Shown here: positions 11,736 to 23,973 of the stretch, in pieces | How positions within the stretch are numbered: the stretch's first letter is position 1 | How the letters are laid out: every line of letters starts with the position of its first letter | Source of the DNA: Octopus bimaculoides | Taxonomy: Eukaryota | Length of the DNA: 44,566 nt | NCBI RefSeq assembly: GCF_001194135.2 | Contig: NC_068984.1 | Location: forward strand, 84,378,418 to 84,422,983 | Direction: 5' to 3' | Made by a program: the position numbers and the translations under genes | The notes under the pieces: model-generated | Told to the model about the DNA's origin: nothing | The model's input: the letters and a program-made list of their open reading frames with translations, nothing else | Databases searched by the model: none

Positions 11736-13399
11736 ACTTCCTCCACCACCTTTTCTGATCCACTGCTCATATCATCTCTAACTCCTTGGGGGTTTTACTC
11801 TGGCATCCCAACACTACCATTTAATCTTCTTCACAGATACTCTCACCAACCCTTATATAAATGCAGAGTAGCTATCTATCTTCTTTATAGCAAGATACCT
11901 CTGTTTGCCCTTGGCATAAAATCTTCTCTCCACCATCTCAAATTCCCCACTCACTTAGTCAAGAGGGCTTTTCCCTTTTACCCTTTTAGTGTGTGTCCAG
12001 AATATTCTCTAGCCCTGTAGCAAACAACTTATCTAGAGCAGCAGTATGATAAAACTGCACCCATTTCCAGCTGTAAAGTGGCTGGTGACAGGGAGGCTAT
12101 CAAGTTATAAAACCATATGTAAAATGTAAAACATGATATACAACACAAGGATGGATAGCTTTCTCTGTTGTTGTAATTTTGAAGGGATGCAGTGGCTGGT
12201 GAGCTGCTATGGGACATGAAAAATCCATGATAGCAAAAAAAAAAAAAGAAAAAAGAAACTCAAAATGATGAAGATACAGAGGGAAATAGTGTACATGAAA
12301 GGCAAGAACTCAAATCCTCATGGTCCCAGCTATTGCGTGTACTTCTACAGGATGCTATTATTGTTGATGTTTTTTAGCCCCAAGTCTACTCTAAGTTGAC
12401 TTACAGCCAAAAACATTCCAGTCATGTATCTAGGAGCACAGCATGTCCTTTCTTTAAAAAAGCAGAGAAATGCAACTTTAAAAACATTTAGCAGTTATTT
12501 CAAATAGGGCAAGAGATCATATAGAGCTCCAACAATAAACACACATCTCATTGTCTGGCAATAAATTCATAGGCTGATTCTCAAAGTGGAAAGTTCAAAT
12601 GGGGTTTCCAGAAATATTGCTGTAATTCCTGGAAAGGAAAGAAAGGGTGAAGTGCTTAGTAGGTTAGACAGAGTAAGCTGCAACTAGACAAGATTTAAGT
12701 GGTTTATTTAGAAATACTTGCATCATATGAAAAGATATGAACCTCCGATTTTTCAGATGTCAGACTATCATGTTGCCCCTTCTTCAACTTACCCCAGCCA
12801 GCTGCAACATTCAAGGGTGGATTAGTTAGTCAGTGGTAAATTACTAATTGCTTCAGTAAAAACTGGTACCAGTCTTAATAGCAGACAATGTTCTATCAGC
12901 TGAGATATCAGTTACAGGGAAATTGTATTTATCTACCCCAGTGGAATTCTTCCTTCTTTTGCAGTTGTACTTGTGCCAACATAAAGAAAATATAGTTACA
13001 AACAAAAAGCAATATATATATATATACATATATATGATATATGATATATATTATACACATACACACACATACATACACACACTCACACACATATACCTCC
13101 CCTAGTGCTTATAAATGGTTCCTACAAAACTATTAAAGTTATATACATACCATAATATGTATAGATAATAGAAAATGGATTGAACAACATTTTTTATTTT
13201 AAATCACTACAATTGTTTCAACACATTTTTTCATTTGAAGTGCATTAGTGAGATATAATTAATATGTTGTTTAATCAGTCATCCATCAAAGGTGTAAGAT
13301 GCATTTCTTCAGGTGTTTGTTTTAAATAAGTCCTTCATTAAATCATTCAGAAGTGCATCTTACACATTTGATGGATGATAGCAATTAAACAGCATGGTA

Positions 13400-13740
13400 A
13401 TTATATCATCTAACCAATGTATTAGTGTTGTGTCAAAACATTTGTAGTGATTTTAAATGAAGAACGTTTTTCCTGCACATTGATGCTTGATGAATAACAG
13501 AAGCTTTGGGCATCTCTCAGCTCTGATTGCTTTGGCCTTGGCTGTTAGTAGGTGACGGCATTGTTGAACATAGTTAGTCATGCCAAGGTTCCTGTTCAAT
13601 GTGGAAAGGGACACATTGCATTTCTTTGCAAAGGTTGAAAGTTGGACATAAATGGATTTACATGGCATTCTCACCGAACGTTAACTGATACATGTCTTCA
13701 TTTACAATAGCAACTTTTCAATACAATTCTGATCCATGTA
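13400..13740 (-). mobile_element. Tc1/mariner-superfamily transposase fragment (HTH and linker), degenerate
   Basis: ORF 13453-13674 reads AKKCNVSLSTLNRNLGM...RHLLTAKAKAIRAERCPKLL, the typical HTH followed by the xxLT...R..R linker. Confidence 0.65.
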
Positions 13741-14627
13741 TGCTGTCACTTGCTGTCAATGAATAAATACCATAGTGACTTGCCTGAGGGTCCTATGAAG
13801 CTGCTAAGTCCTGCATGCACACACACACACATTTTTTTTCCTCCATAACAAACTGCAGTGAAAGACCTTAATAGGCTCAGATACCTTTCAAACTTATTTT
13901 CAATGGTCTTGAGTTTGTATTCTCTCCTTCACTGCTTCATGCACCAACTCAATAGATTCTGACATAATCTTCTTATGTAAGCACAAATTTTATTCCACAT
14001 TTGCCCATTACATAAAGCTTTTATGATTTCTCATAATTGTGGTTAAGCCCTTACTTATTACTTAGCTATGCTAGCAGCATTTTATTTCTCCATTTTCCTT
14101 GTACCATTTCCTTCTTTTCTCAGCAAACCTTCCACCCCTGTTACCCCCACTCCTGTGCCTTTCCTTCATTACTTATCTCTTCCTGTCTCTGTCTGGTAAG
14201 CTTCCATTCCTAACTGATTTATTGTCTGTTTAGTGAGACTCCCTTGACCGCCAGTGCAATTTCCTCTCACCACACTGACCTTAACTCCTCTCCCCTCCTC
14301 TCTCTATTCTACCTCTGCTCATTTCCCACTATGTCAGAAATCCTTCTCCCTCTCCTTGCCTTTTGATCTTATTCTACTTCCTTTCACTCTTCAAACATTT
14401 AAATCTCTGGTACTACTATATGAACTACTTTTACCAACCTTCTCTTGATGAGGGGAGCCAGACTTACCATAATATCTCCATATAACTACTTACTGGTTGT
14501 ATCCCCTGGGATTTTGGTAAATTCCATCAGCAAATTATGAATATTATGATTATTACGTAACTCCAAGTTAAAAAATTATGTATTTTCTTCTTACTATTCT
14601 GAACTTTTTATACTCTATGTAAATATA

Positions 14628-14629
<2 letters not shown>

Positions 14630-14659
<30 letters not shown>

Positions 14660-14712
14660 CTTCTTTCTGAGTATATGTATATATATGTGTCTGTGTACAT
14701 CCATCCATCTAT

Positions 14713-14775
<63 letters not shown>
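14630..14775. repeat. Compound (GT)/(CA)/(TA) microsatellites
   Basis: Direct reading. Confidence 0.9.
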
Positions 14776-15269
14776 CATACAGGTTATATATAAATACACA
14801 CATAAGTGCAGCAAAAGATAATATCAGTACATGTACATATGCATACATACTGATATGCACACATATAAAACACAGACACACCTACAAACACATCTGAACA
14901 AATTTGTGTCCATATGCAAATGTGTGTGTGGGGGGGACATATCTATCGGTGCTTTAGCATCTTTGCTTACTAGATTACATTACCATAGCCACAGCAAGTT
15001 GTACAGAGATCTAACGTAAGTTCTTCCAAATCTTTCTATGTCATTAAAAAAACAGAACACAGAGTGATAACACACCTGCTTCTCACCAGGTTTGAACCTG
15101 CATGGCTTCTGTTTAATCCTAAACAAATACATTTTTTGTTTGTTTATTTAGTTAATGTTTATCTTTATGATCAATTTCAGTTGGTTGTACTTACTGACCT
15201 CATTTAAGTAGTATGATAAAAGATTTTTTGAAATGTTGCAACCATACAGCTGACAATAGACAAGAGCAA

Positions 15270-15600
15270 CAACAGTAATGGACATAACAGTAAACAGAAT
15301 TGACGACAATAACAATAAGAATAACAATAACAATAACAATAACAACAACAGTAACCACAACAAAAGCATGAACAACAACAAAAAGTAGCATTATCAAAGA
15401 CGGCACATTGAGAAAAAAAAAAACTAATTAAAAAAACTACTTTACCAGCAATACCCTGAAACAACACCAACAACAATACTATCTACTTACAAAATATAAA
15501 AAATAAACAAATAAACAAAACAAACATTGGCAACTGCAGCAACAACAATAACAACAGAAAGAAAAACATCAGCAATTTTCCAAAAACAATAAGAATTCTT
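15270..15600. repeat. (AAC/AAT)n low-complexity tract
   Basis: Direct reading. Confidence 0.75.
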
Positions 15601-15647
15601 CAACCACCAGTCAACTAATACTCATGTGTGACTGTATAGATATACAG

Positions 15648-15676
15648 GTGTGTGTGTGTGTATATATATATAAGAC

Positions 15677-15712
<36 letters not shown>

Positions 15713-15810
15713 ATAGAGATATACAGGTATGTATATATGTGTGTGTGTATATATATATATATGTGTGTGCGTGTGTGTATATATAGTTATATATATATAT
15801 GCACACACAT
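15648..15810. repeat. Compound (GT)/(GATA)/(TA) microsatellites
   Basis: Direct reading. Confidence 0.9.
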
Positions 15811-16166
15811 AGATTTTGATATTTTGCTTCGGCATAGTGATACTAATAACCTAGTGTGGGAACTCAATATGCATGTGCTTCAGAACGAACCATCAGATGA
15901 GTTTAAAATGGTAATGAGAAATTGAGATGACATAGAAATAAACAATTATGCTATGAACTTCATTGGCTCACAGGTGTTTCTGCAATAAGATACAATGAAC
16001 ACATAGTTGAATGCTTGAGTATCACCCACTAGCTTAAAGACCGATGAGGCTATAGGGTGATACCCATGCATTCACCTATGAGTGCATTACATCTTATAGC
16101 AGAAACACTTGTAAACCAAGGAAGTCATAGCATAATTGTTCATTCATTTGTCATTCTAATTTGTGA

Positions 16167-16279
<113 letters not shown>

Positions 16280-16292
16280 GTATATACATACA

Positions 16293-16505
16293 TTGCCAGT
16301 ACCGCCTGACTGGCCTTCGTGCGGGTGACATGTAAAAGCACCCACTACACTCTCTGAGTGGTTGGCGTTAGGAAGGGCATCCAGCTGTAGAAACTCTGCC
16401 AAATCAGATTGGAGCCTGGTGTTGCCATTCGGTTTCACCAGTCCTCAGTCAAATCGTCCAACCCATGCTAGCATGGAAAGCGGACGTTAAACGATGATGA
16501 TGATG
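16293..16505 (+). mobile_element. Family C repeat (probable RTE 3' end or RTE-tailed SINE) with (ATG)n tail
   Basis: GGTTGGCGTTAGGAAGGGCATCCAGCTGTAGAAAC...CCATGCTAGCATGGAAAGCGGACGTTAAACGATGATGATG; homologous copies at 22582, 26761, 30990 and 43643. Confidence 0.8.
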
Positions 16506-16556
16506 CAAACAGATATCTATATATATATACATGCATATAAATATATATATATACAT

Positions 16557-16588
<32 letters not shown>

Positions 16589-16720
16589 GTTAATATTGAA
16601 CAATGAGGATGAGTGCCCAACGCCACATTGTTGGCTAAATATTCTTTATTAATGATTTTAATCCAAAATGGAAACAAACACCGATGTTCCGTGTGATAGG
16701 ATTGTATGTGTGTATGTGTA

Positions 16721-16755
<35 letters not shown>

Positions 16756-16984
16756 CTGCAGCATCAGTAAAGCTTACGTCCGCAAGGCTCATAACGCTTA
16801 CAATTACAATGCCCCAAACACTTTCATATACAATGCTTCCTTATTCCCACCTACCAGTAGAGGCAATAACCTTAACAATTCTAACATGTTTGAATGATAG
16901 TAGCAAGGACAACTATTATGACGTCTGTTACCAAACGATCACGGAAACCTTCTTTTCAGGTACTGAATAACATTTCTCCTTCCT

Positions 16985-17095
16985 GTGTTACCTCCCAATA
17001 TCTCTTTCCCAGTTTTCAGAGTTAGCACCCTAAATGTAGGTACACTGAAAGGTAGGTCTAGCAAGATTTGCTTGAAAGGAGATGTAAAATCTCTC
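16985..17095 (+). mobile_element. RTE LINE 5' fragment (start of AP endonuclease)
   Basis: Translates RVSTLNVGTLKGRSSK, the APE N-terminal (T/S)xNV motif. Confidence 0.55.
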
Positions 17096-17102
17096 CTCTA
17101 AC

Positions 17103-18300
17103 CCGTTGGCCTGTGGATGGTAGACTGTTATGCGCTTCATTGTGATTCCAAAAAGATCACACATGTCATTCCACAGCTTTGAGGTGAATCATGGACCCCG
17201 GTCAGATGAGATGCTGTCTGGGACACCGAAACGGGCAACCCAATTTGTGATGAAGGCTCGGCTGACTTCTTATGTTTCCATGCTGCGGAGAGGGATAGTT
17301 TCAGGCCAATGAGTGTAGCGTTCTACGAAGGTCAGTAGGTATGAGTAACCCCGTGTAGGTGGTAGGGGGCTGACAAGGTCAATGTTGACATGGCTGAAAT
17401 GGGCCTGTGGTGGTTCATAGTTGCTGAGGGGTGCTTTAGTGTGTTGATGAACTTTGGCTTGTTGACAGGGGATGCAGGTCTTGGTCCACTCCTAAATTTG
17501 CTTGGCCATACAGTGCCAGATAAATTTGCTTGACAGCAGGCACTGTATGGCTCTAGTACCTGGGAGGGACACAGTCTGTGAATGACGTCAAAAACCTTCC
17601 TGCGCAAAGTTAATGGGACGATCGGTCGTGGCTTCCCAGTGCATACATCACACAGTAGGGTTGTGCCGTTGGAGCCAAAGTGCACGCACATCTTGCAAGG
17701 AAAGTGATGTGGTGGCAGTGTGGTAGGCCCTGATCTCATCATCTGTCTGTTAGGCTAGGTAGATGAGAGAGCTAGACACTGACACGAGAGAGTGCGTCTG
17801 CAACTAGGTTGCCCTTTCCAGCTATGTGTTGGATGTCCATGGTGTATTCAGAAATGGCCAATAGCTGTCATTGCTGGCATGCAGACCAAGACTCCAAGAG
17901 CTTGCTCATGGCAAAGGTGAGTAGATTGTGGTCTGTGAATACTGTAAACGTGCGACCTTCAAGAAAATAGTGAAAGTGGTGGACACCTAGATGGACAGCC
18001 AGCAGTTCCCTGTCAAAAATACCATATTTTTGTTCAGGAGGTCATAGTTGTCAACTGAAGAAGGTAAGTAGTTGCCACTGACCATTTATGCATTGTTCCA
18101 AAACACCCCCAATGGTTGCATCGGAGGCATCAACTGTGAGTGCAGTCCATGCTGACATATGAGGATGGGACAGCATAGGTGCTTTATCCAGGGCTTGTTT
18201 TGAGGATTTGGGCTGAGAAGTCCTGTATGTGTAAAATGGGACTGCTGTCGGGTGTGGTGTCTACGTTGAGATGGAAACATGTCCCCAGTTGAAACTACAC
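17103..18300 (-). mobile_element. Gypsy/Ty3 LTR-retrotransposon pol fragment (RNase H and integrase), degenerate, no LTR seen
   Basis: Minus strand: TVDASDATIGGVLEQ, DRELLAVHLGVHHFHYFLEGRTFTVFTDH (RNase H); CDVCTGKPRPIVP..LRRKVFDVIH (integrase zinc finger region); YHPQANGLEERF (integrase core). Confidence 0.9.
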
Positions 18301-18904
18301 AGCTTCTATACACACCTATTTATTTCTATTATTATTTAGTACATTCCTGGTTATGGCATATAACTAGTTGGAAAGTTATCACTGGATCTGCATCTACTAT
18401 TGCACTTGACAATACTGACAACTCATCAGACATGTTGGCCAGAAGCACATATCCTCTTTAATGCTGGAGTTAGTCTTGGTTAGCTTAGTGATAAAGAAAA
18501 AAAAACAGAACTAAACCCCCTTTTCTGAGAAGGAAGGAAGAGTTCCTCCTGTTTTGCAATGCCAGTCATGGCTGAAGTGGGGTCAGACAAGTATGCATAT
18601 TTTTTTCTTTTCCATATTTTCTAGTCTGCAAAAAGGAAAGACCTAGTTTCAAAATAAACTTTCTATCAGGAAAGTAGTGACTAAAATTTCACTGAGTTCA
18701 AGAAAGAACCCAGATTGTGAGAATTTTTTTAGGATTACTCCCTTCTCAGCTAAACAAAGTTTGCACCATCTGCTTCCATTTAATTTTGAATGGTATCTTT
18801 TTCTCCTTTAATTGGTATATATAGCTGGTTAATGTAACATGGGGCAATTTTTTTTTCTTTAAATAGGACCTGCAGTTATTTATTCTGCAATGCTCTACCA
18901 GTAC

Positions 18905-19750
18905 CTGCCTTCCATTGTTCCAATATATTTGTGTATTGTATTGCTGTTGTTGGACACCACCACATTTGCCTCATAGACTAGTGTCACATTGACCATTCAC
19001 TGGGCACTCCGTGCTAATCCTACAAGTGCATCTTGCCTCTGCACAGGGTTTTGGCATGTTCACTAATGTCTTTTTGACACTAGGTACACAGCTGTATGAG
19101 ACACTTAAGGTATGTCTTGAATAGTCTTTTATGCTTACAAGACTATATGAATCTACTAATCTAAGGAAGAGCTTTCCATGCAGGTGTGGCAAACCATAAA
19201 ACTTTACAACATTGCTTTATTTCGTGGGCTTTAGGTTTAGGCATATAAGTAAAGTAGTACTTAAACCTGTTAGTTTTTAGGCCTTGTAATGGGCAGAAGA
19301 GACTGCTGCTTAAAAAAAAAAATGTCTATTCAAGGATAGGTTCAACACTCTTACTGACATTGTTTACAAGATTTTTAAAGACTATTAGAAGGTGGCCGTG
19401 TTGCTATATGCCAGCCTTTCATTAGGTTTGCCGTATGGCCTATTTGAACCCGTGCTAAAATCAAATATTACATCTAAGAAATTTACTAACGTAAGGTTGT
19501 TCTCAATGATAACCTTAAGCCTAAGGGAGTTATGGGTGTGAATCAGTGCCTGTTCATGCCACTAGAAATGGCTAAAGCATCAACCCTATATAGACCAAAC
19601 TTGAGAGGAACTTCTTAAGATGTCAAGTAAAAAAAATCCTATGATGTCACAGATATCGCAAATAAAAACTTTGCTCATTGTAGTTGTATTGAAGTAGAGG
19701 GGTCCTTAGAGCACCAGTAAATTCCTTACAAAAACCAAAGTTCTATTGAA
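18905..19750 (-). mobile_element. Penelope-like element (Neptune-like) RT through GIY-YIG, degenerate
   Basis: Minus strand: GLYRVDALAI (degenerate YxDD), ENNLTLVNFLDVIFD...PYGKPN, GKLFLRLVD, TLSVSYSCVPSVK, CTCRISTECPVNGQC, HKYIGT. Confidence 0.75.
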
Positions 19751-19829
19751 GTAGTCAGTAGTGTCTGTTAGTTAGGTGGCCTAATTCATGGAGGGAGGAA
19801 TTTATGGCCCTCTGTTGCTGGACTAATTA

Positions 19830-19955
19830 TCTCCATGTCCAATCAGAGCTTTGAAGAATGAAGGTTCCACAAAACCCCAGCAGCCTACTCCAATTACCTC
19901 ATATGCTTGCCAGCCCTGGTTTCTGCAATGCTCTACCAGCACCTGGTGTCTAGCA
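19830..19955 (-). mobile_element. HERO-like (restriction-like endonuclease) non-LTR fragment
   Basis: Translates RHQVLVEHCRNQGWQAYEVIGVGCWGFVEPSFFKAL, resembling the KY..L...C...GW......EVG.RGF RLE C-terminus. Confidence 0.55.
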
Positions 19956-21145
19956 ACATCTTAATTCGTCAGAATTAACAATGAAAGAAATTTACAATCC
20001 AACTCCATCATATACAACATGAGTTGGATTGTTCCACAAATGACAAGATTTGCAGTACTTTTACAACTAGGTATACTACAAATTTATGTCTAGTCATACA
20101 CAAATAACTCAAACATGAAACAGTAACACTTCCTTTATAGCAGCCAGATAACTGAAGGAATCAGTCAATCTCGCTTGGAATTGCGTCATACTCTCTGTAT
20201 AACAGAATTCAATGTAGCAAACTTCAGCTCTTAACTACCAAGTCACTTTATTAGAATCTATAAGTCTATGTATATAGAGTGGATAATGAAAAGCAAAAAC
20301 ATGTCCAGACTGCAACACTGCACACCATACAACCAACTATAGCATGTCAGTGCAGTATGATCCTCAGCCAGGTAGAAGTTTGGTATAACTGGAACAGTAG
20401 ATTTTTAGGTTAAACCTAGTTATTCGATTGGCAATGTGTGTGTTATGGGTCTACTCAATCAGAAACTGACTTGAGCCAACTCAACAGTACTTTAAGAAAA
20501 ATATAAATCAGAGAGCTGGAGAACAAATTAAAAAATATAAAAATAAAAAAGTATATAAAAATAAAATAAATAAAATTTACATAAGGTTATGCAATCATAT
20601 GCTACAAACCAAAGACAAACACACTTTCACCAACAGAAATATTCACCCTCCCACCCTGAGTTGAAGAGCACCTCCAGTTTCTACAGAATTAAACAGATGA
20701 GAAACCTGTCTCATCTGTACAAGATACCAGTCTATCTCAAGTGACATTTCAATGATAAAATTGTGGAACACTCTATGCAAGCCAAGACATTTGTGAAATT
20801 TACAGTTTAGCTAGTGCCTATTGTAATGAACAACTTCTATATTGAAGTGTCTATTTACAAGTAAATGAATTGAGCTAATTGAAGTTAACTATCTTTGTCA
20901 CAAACAATTCACCAACAGAGGCAAGATATGAAGTACCAACATAGTTTGGAACTATGACTGGAGTCCTTTGCTCTGCTTCTCAATAATCAAGAAAAAAATC
21001 AAATTAAAAAAAAAAAAAAAAAATGGAAATAAGCAAAGAGAAGAAATGAAAGAGTAAAACAGTTGACCAGAATATTATTACTGTTATTGTTAATATTATT
21101 AATGTTATTTATTACAAATACAAAAATAGAGCAATGAACCAAATT

Positions 21146-21228
21146 TCACTTCTTCAGAACCAATTGGTATCTTGGTTTGGCGTAAGATTCACATTTGGTC
21201 AGTCGAAATTTTAACCTCTGCTTTGAAT
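21146..21228 (-). CDS. LRRC42: LRRC42 terminal coding exon (phase 1 start, ends in TGA)
   Basis: Acceptor tattttattcAG at 21230-21229; phase joins the previous exon to give F-Y-SKQRLKFRLTKCESYAKPRYQLVLKK*, with FYSK recalling vertebrate FYGK; AATAAA on the minus strand at 21113-21108. Confidence 0.6.
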
Positions 21229-21426
21229 CTGAATAAAATACAAAGAAACAGAAACATTTATAACCCTTCTTTATCATCATTATTTGTTTATTTATTATGC
21301 CAATAGGGAAACATTAGGTTTTTTTTATAAGAAAGAAAAATGAAATTGAATGACATTCATCCTTTTCAAGATCATTAACAAAGTGAGTTTTTTGTTCTTA
21401 TGTTAAAATATTCAGGAAAGAAGAGG

Positions 21427-21735
21427 CAGAGTCCATGACCTTTGCAACCACATAGTTTTGGTTCAAACTCATAGCATGACATCTTGAACTAATGTCTCCC
21501 ACAACAGCTCTGAACCAACCAAAGCCTTGTGGGTGGATCTGGTAGATAGGAAATGGATGAAGCATGTCGTGTGTGTGCGTTTGTTTGTTCCCCACCACAG
21601 CTTGACAACTGGTATTGGTGTCTTTATGTCTCCGTGCGACAAAAGAGACCGATAGAACTAGTGCCAGGCTTTTAAAGAAAATTAAGTACTGGGGTCAATC
21701 GGCTCGACTAAACTTCTTCAAGGCGATGCCTCCAA
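21427..21735 (+). mobile_element. SINE family A, degenerate
   Basis: CCAAAGCCTTGTGGGTGGATCTGGTAG...GAGACCGATAGAA homology to 7568-7975. Confidence 0.7.
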
Positions 21736-22413
21736 AATATATACACACAAACATGAACGCTATCATTCAAATTAAAAGTGTAAGAAGGGAGACAACTCCA
21801 ACTAAGGGAAATAATTCCAGATGAAGTAATTTATTCTGGAATGGGACATAAATTTGTACTGGAAAATATAATCAAAACCATCTCACAAAATAAAAAAAAA
21901 AAAAAGAAAAATCAAACCTATATGATATCTCGCAGATTTATAAAAATTACATAAATAAAAGCAGCACTCTCCACAAATGATTTACGTCACACTGTCTTAC
22001 ATAAGCAATGAGAATTCCCAAAAAGTCAGAGGACATGGACAACTAATCCAATCATGATGGAATCTCCCATTGAAGACAACAAATGAGTGTTCAGTTTTTT
22101 GCTGAGCCAACTGCACAAATGATCTGTTTATAAGTGATAAAATGTGCTGTACATTAGCTCATTCCTGCCATCAAATCAATGTTGCCTGAACAACTGCTTG
22201 GTGTACCACACATCAGGTGTCAAAGTGATTACAGAGCAACGTAATATCAAGAACACAATGCACCACTCAGTCCAAGAACTGAAACCATGATCTCGCAATT
22301 AGGAGTGCAACACCCAAACCACTAGGCCATGTGCCTTCACCTACTCAGTAACATTGAATAAATACTGACTTGGACAATTGATCCAATGGGTGGGTCTCTT
22401 ACATGGGTTAAAG

Positions 22414-22902
22414 CAGTGGTTCTCAACCAGGGGTCCATATCAAATTTTGGGGGATTCATGCAACAAAATAGTAAATTGGGGATCCACGATTGTATTTTAA
22501 GGGTCTATGAAAAATGTTTGCTTTAGATGTATGCATTGCAAGAAACAGCTAGGTTTCTTTAACATCTTACAGAGTTCAATCTCATCATCATTTAACGTCT
22601 GCTTTCCATGCTAGCATGGGTTGGACGATTTGACTGAGGACTGGTGAACCGGATGGCTACACCAGGTACCAATCGGATTTGGCAGAGTTTCTACAGCTGG
22701 ATGCCCTTCCTAACGCCAACCATTCCGAGAGTGTAGTGGGTGCTTTTATGTGCCACCGGCACGAAGATCTATGCATGAAAAAACAAAATTTTGAAAGTTT
22801 CAATAAAACTAGTTTTTAAACATCAAATGGCATGGGGCTCCACCAGAATAAAATAGTAATCAAATGGGTTCATAGATAAAAAAAAATGGTATAAAACTCC
22901 TG
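22414..22902. mobile_element. hAT-type MITE with nested family C insertion
   Basis: 5' CAGTGGTTCTCAACC; degenerate 3' TIR GGTATAAAACTCCTG (10/15 match); flanking 8-mers GGTTAAAG / GGTTAAAA. Confidence 0.7.
22582..22766 (-). mobile_element. Family C repeat nested in the hAT MITE
   Basis: Reverse complement of the 16293-16505 sequence, with (CAT)n tail at the left end. Confidence 0.8.
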
Positions 22903-23122
22903 GGTTAAAAAATCCTTGTTTCACTTGAATCTTCCATTTAGATTGGTTTGGCTGACCAAAATGTAATCAATAAGACAGTTCTTTGATGTATGTAGGAAGA
23001 CATTAACACTAATTAAGAACTGACAGGTCAGAATACATTTGCTCATTAAGAGTTGGCATGATGTTAAGTAATACAATTGAGTTACATTCCAAGCAAGAGG
23101 GTGGGGGTGGGGTTATACTTAC

Positions 23123-23306
23123 AGAAAGAATTTTCTCCCAACCGAGGTCGTTTGCTCTTGTTGTTATACCAAGTCAACCAAGTATTGATCACATTGCTTG
23201 CCCAGCCTTCAGTCTGTAAACGAAAACAGCTATCTAGTCCACCAGATACACCTTCCTCTGGAATACACACTCTCATTGACAGTAATTGCAGCTTGGTATC
23301 ATTTTT
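23123..23306 (-). CDS. LRRC42: LRRC42 coding exon 4 (184 nt)
   Basis: Acceptor ctattcacAG and donor GTAAGT; encodes ...CFRLQTEGWASNVINTW..., matching the LRRC42 C.TEGWA...V..W motif; phases 0/1 are consistent with neighbouring exons. Confidence 0.85.
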
Positions 23307-23559
23307 CTGTGAATAGAGTGAAACAAGGTGTGAGAGAGAATTCATCGTAATCATCATCGTTTTAATGTCCATTTTTCCATGGATCAGATGGATTTTTTTA
23401 TTGAGGTAGATTTTATATGGAAGAATACCTTCTTATCGCTAACCCTTACTAGTTTCTAAGCAAGGTAATATTTTCTCTTGGCCAGACATGTTTACACAGA
23501 ATATTAGAAATGATTCATATCTATTTACAACAATCATATGATGTCAAAACAAGGAGACA

Positions 23560-23747
<188 letters not shown>

Positions 23748-23750
<3 letters not shown>

Positions 23751-23850
23751 GCATGGCTGTGTGGTTAGGAAGCTTGCTTCCTAGCCACACAGTTTTGGGT
23801 TCAGTCCCACTGCATTGCACCTTGAGCAAATGTCTTCTGCTATAGCTTTG
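23748..23850 (+). mobile_element. SINE family A, 5' fragment
   Basis: GGCATGGCTGTGTGGTTAGGAAGCTTGCTT...GGTTCAGTCCCACTG...CACCTTGAGCAAATGTCTTCT. Confidence 0.75.
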
Positions 23851-23923
23851 TGACAATTTGGCAGGTGGAGGTTACTGTCATGTGTAAGTGTTTCTGCCTT
23901 CTAACAGAGAGGGATATACATAT

Positions 23924-23973
<50 letters not shown>

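Noticed and set aside
14100-14520. Pyrimidine-rich tract ending in TTGATGAGGGGAGCCAGAC, like a Penelope pseudo-LTR hammerhead (similar tract at 11760-11970)
   Set aside because: CTGANGA and GAAA are both mutated; at most a dead remnant, and the family cannot be assigned by eye.
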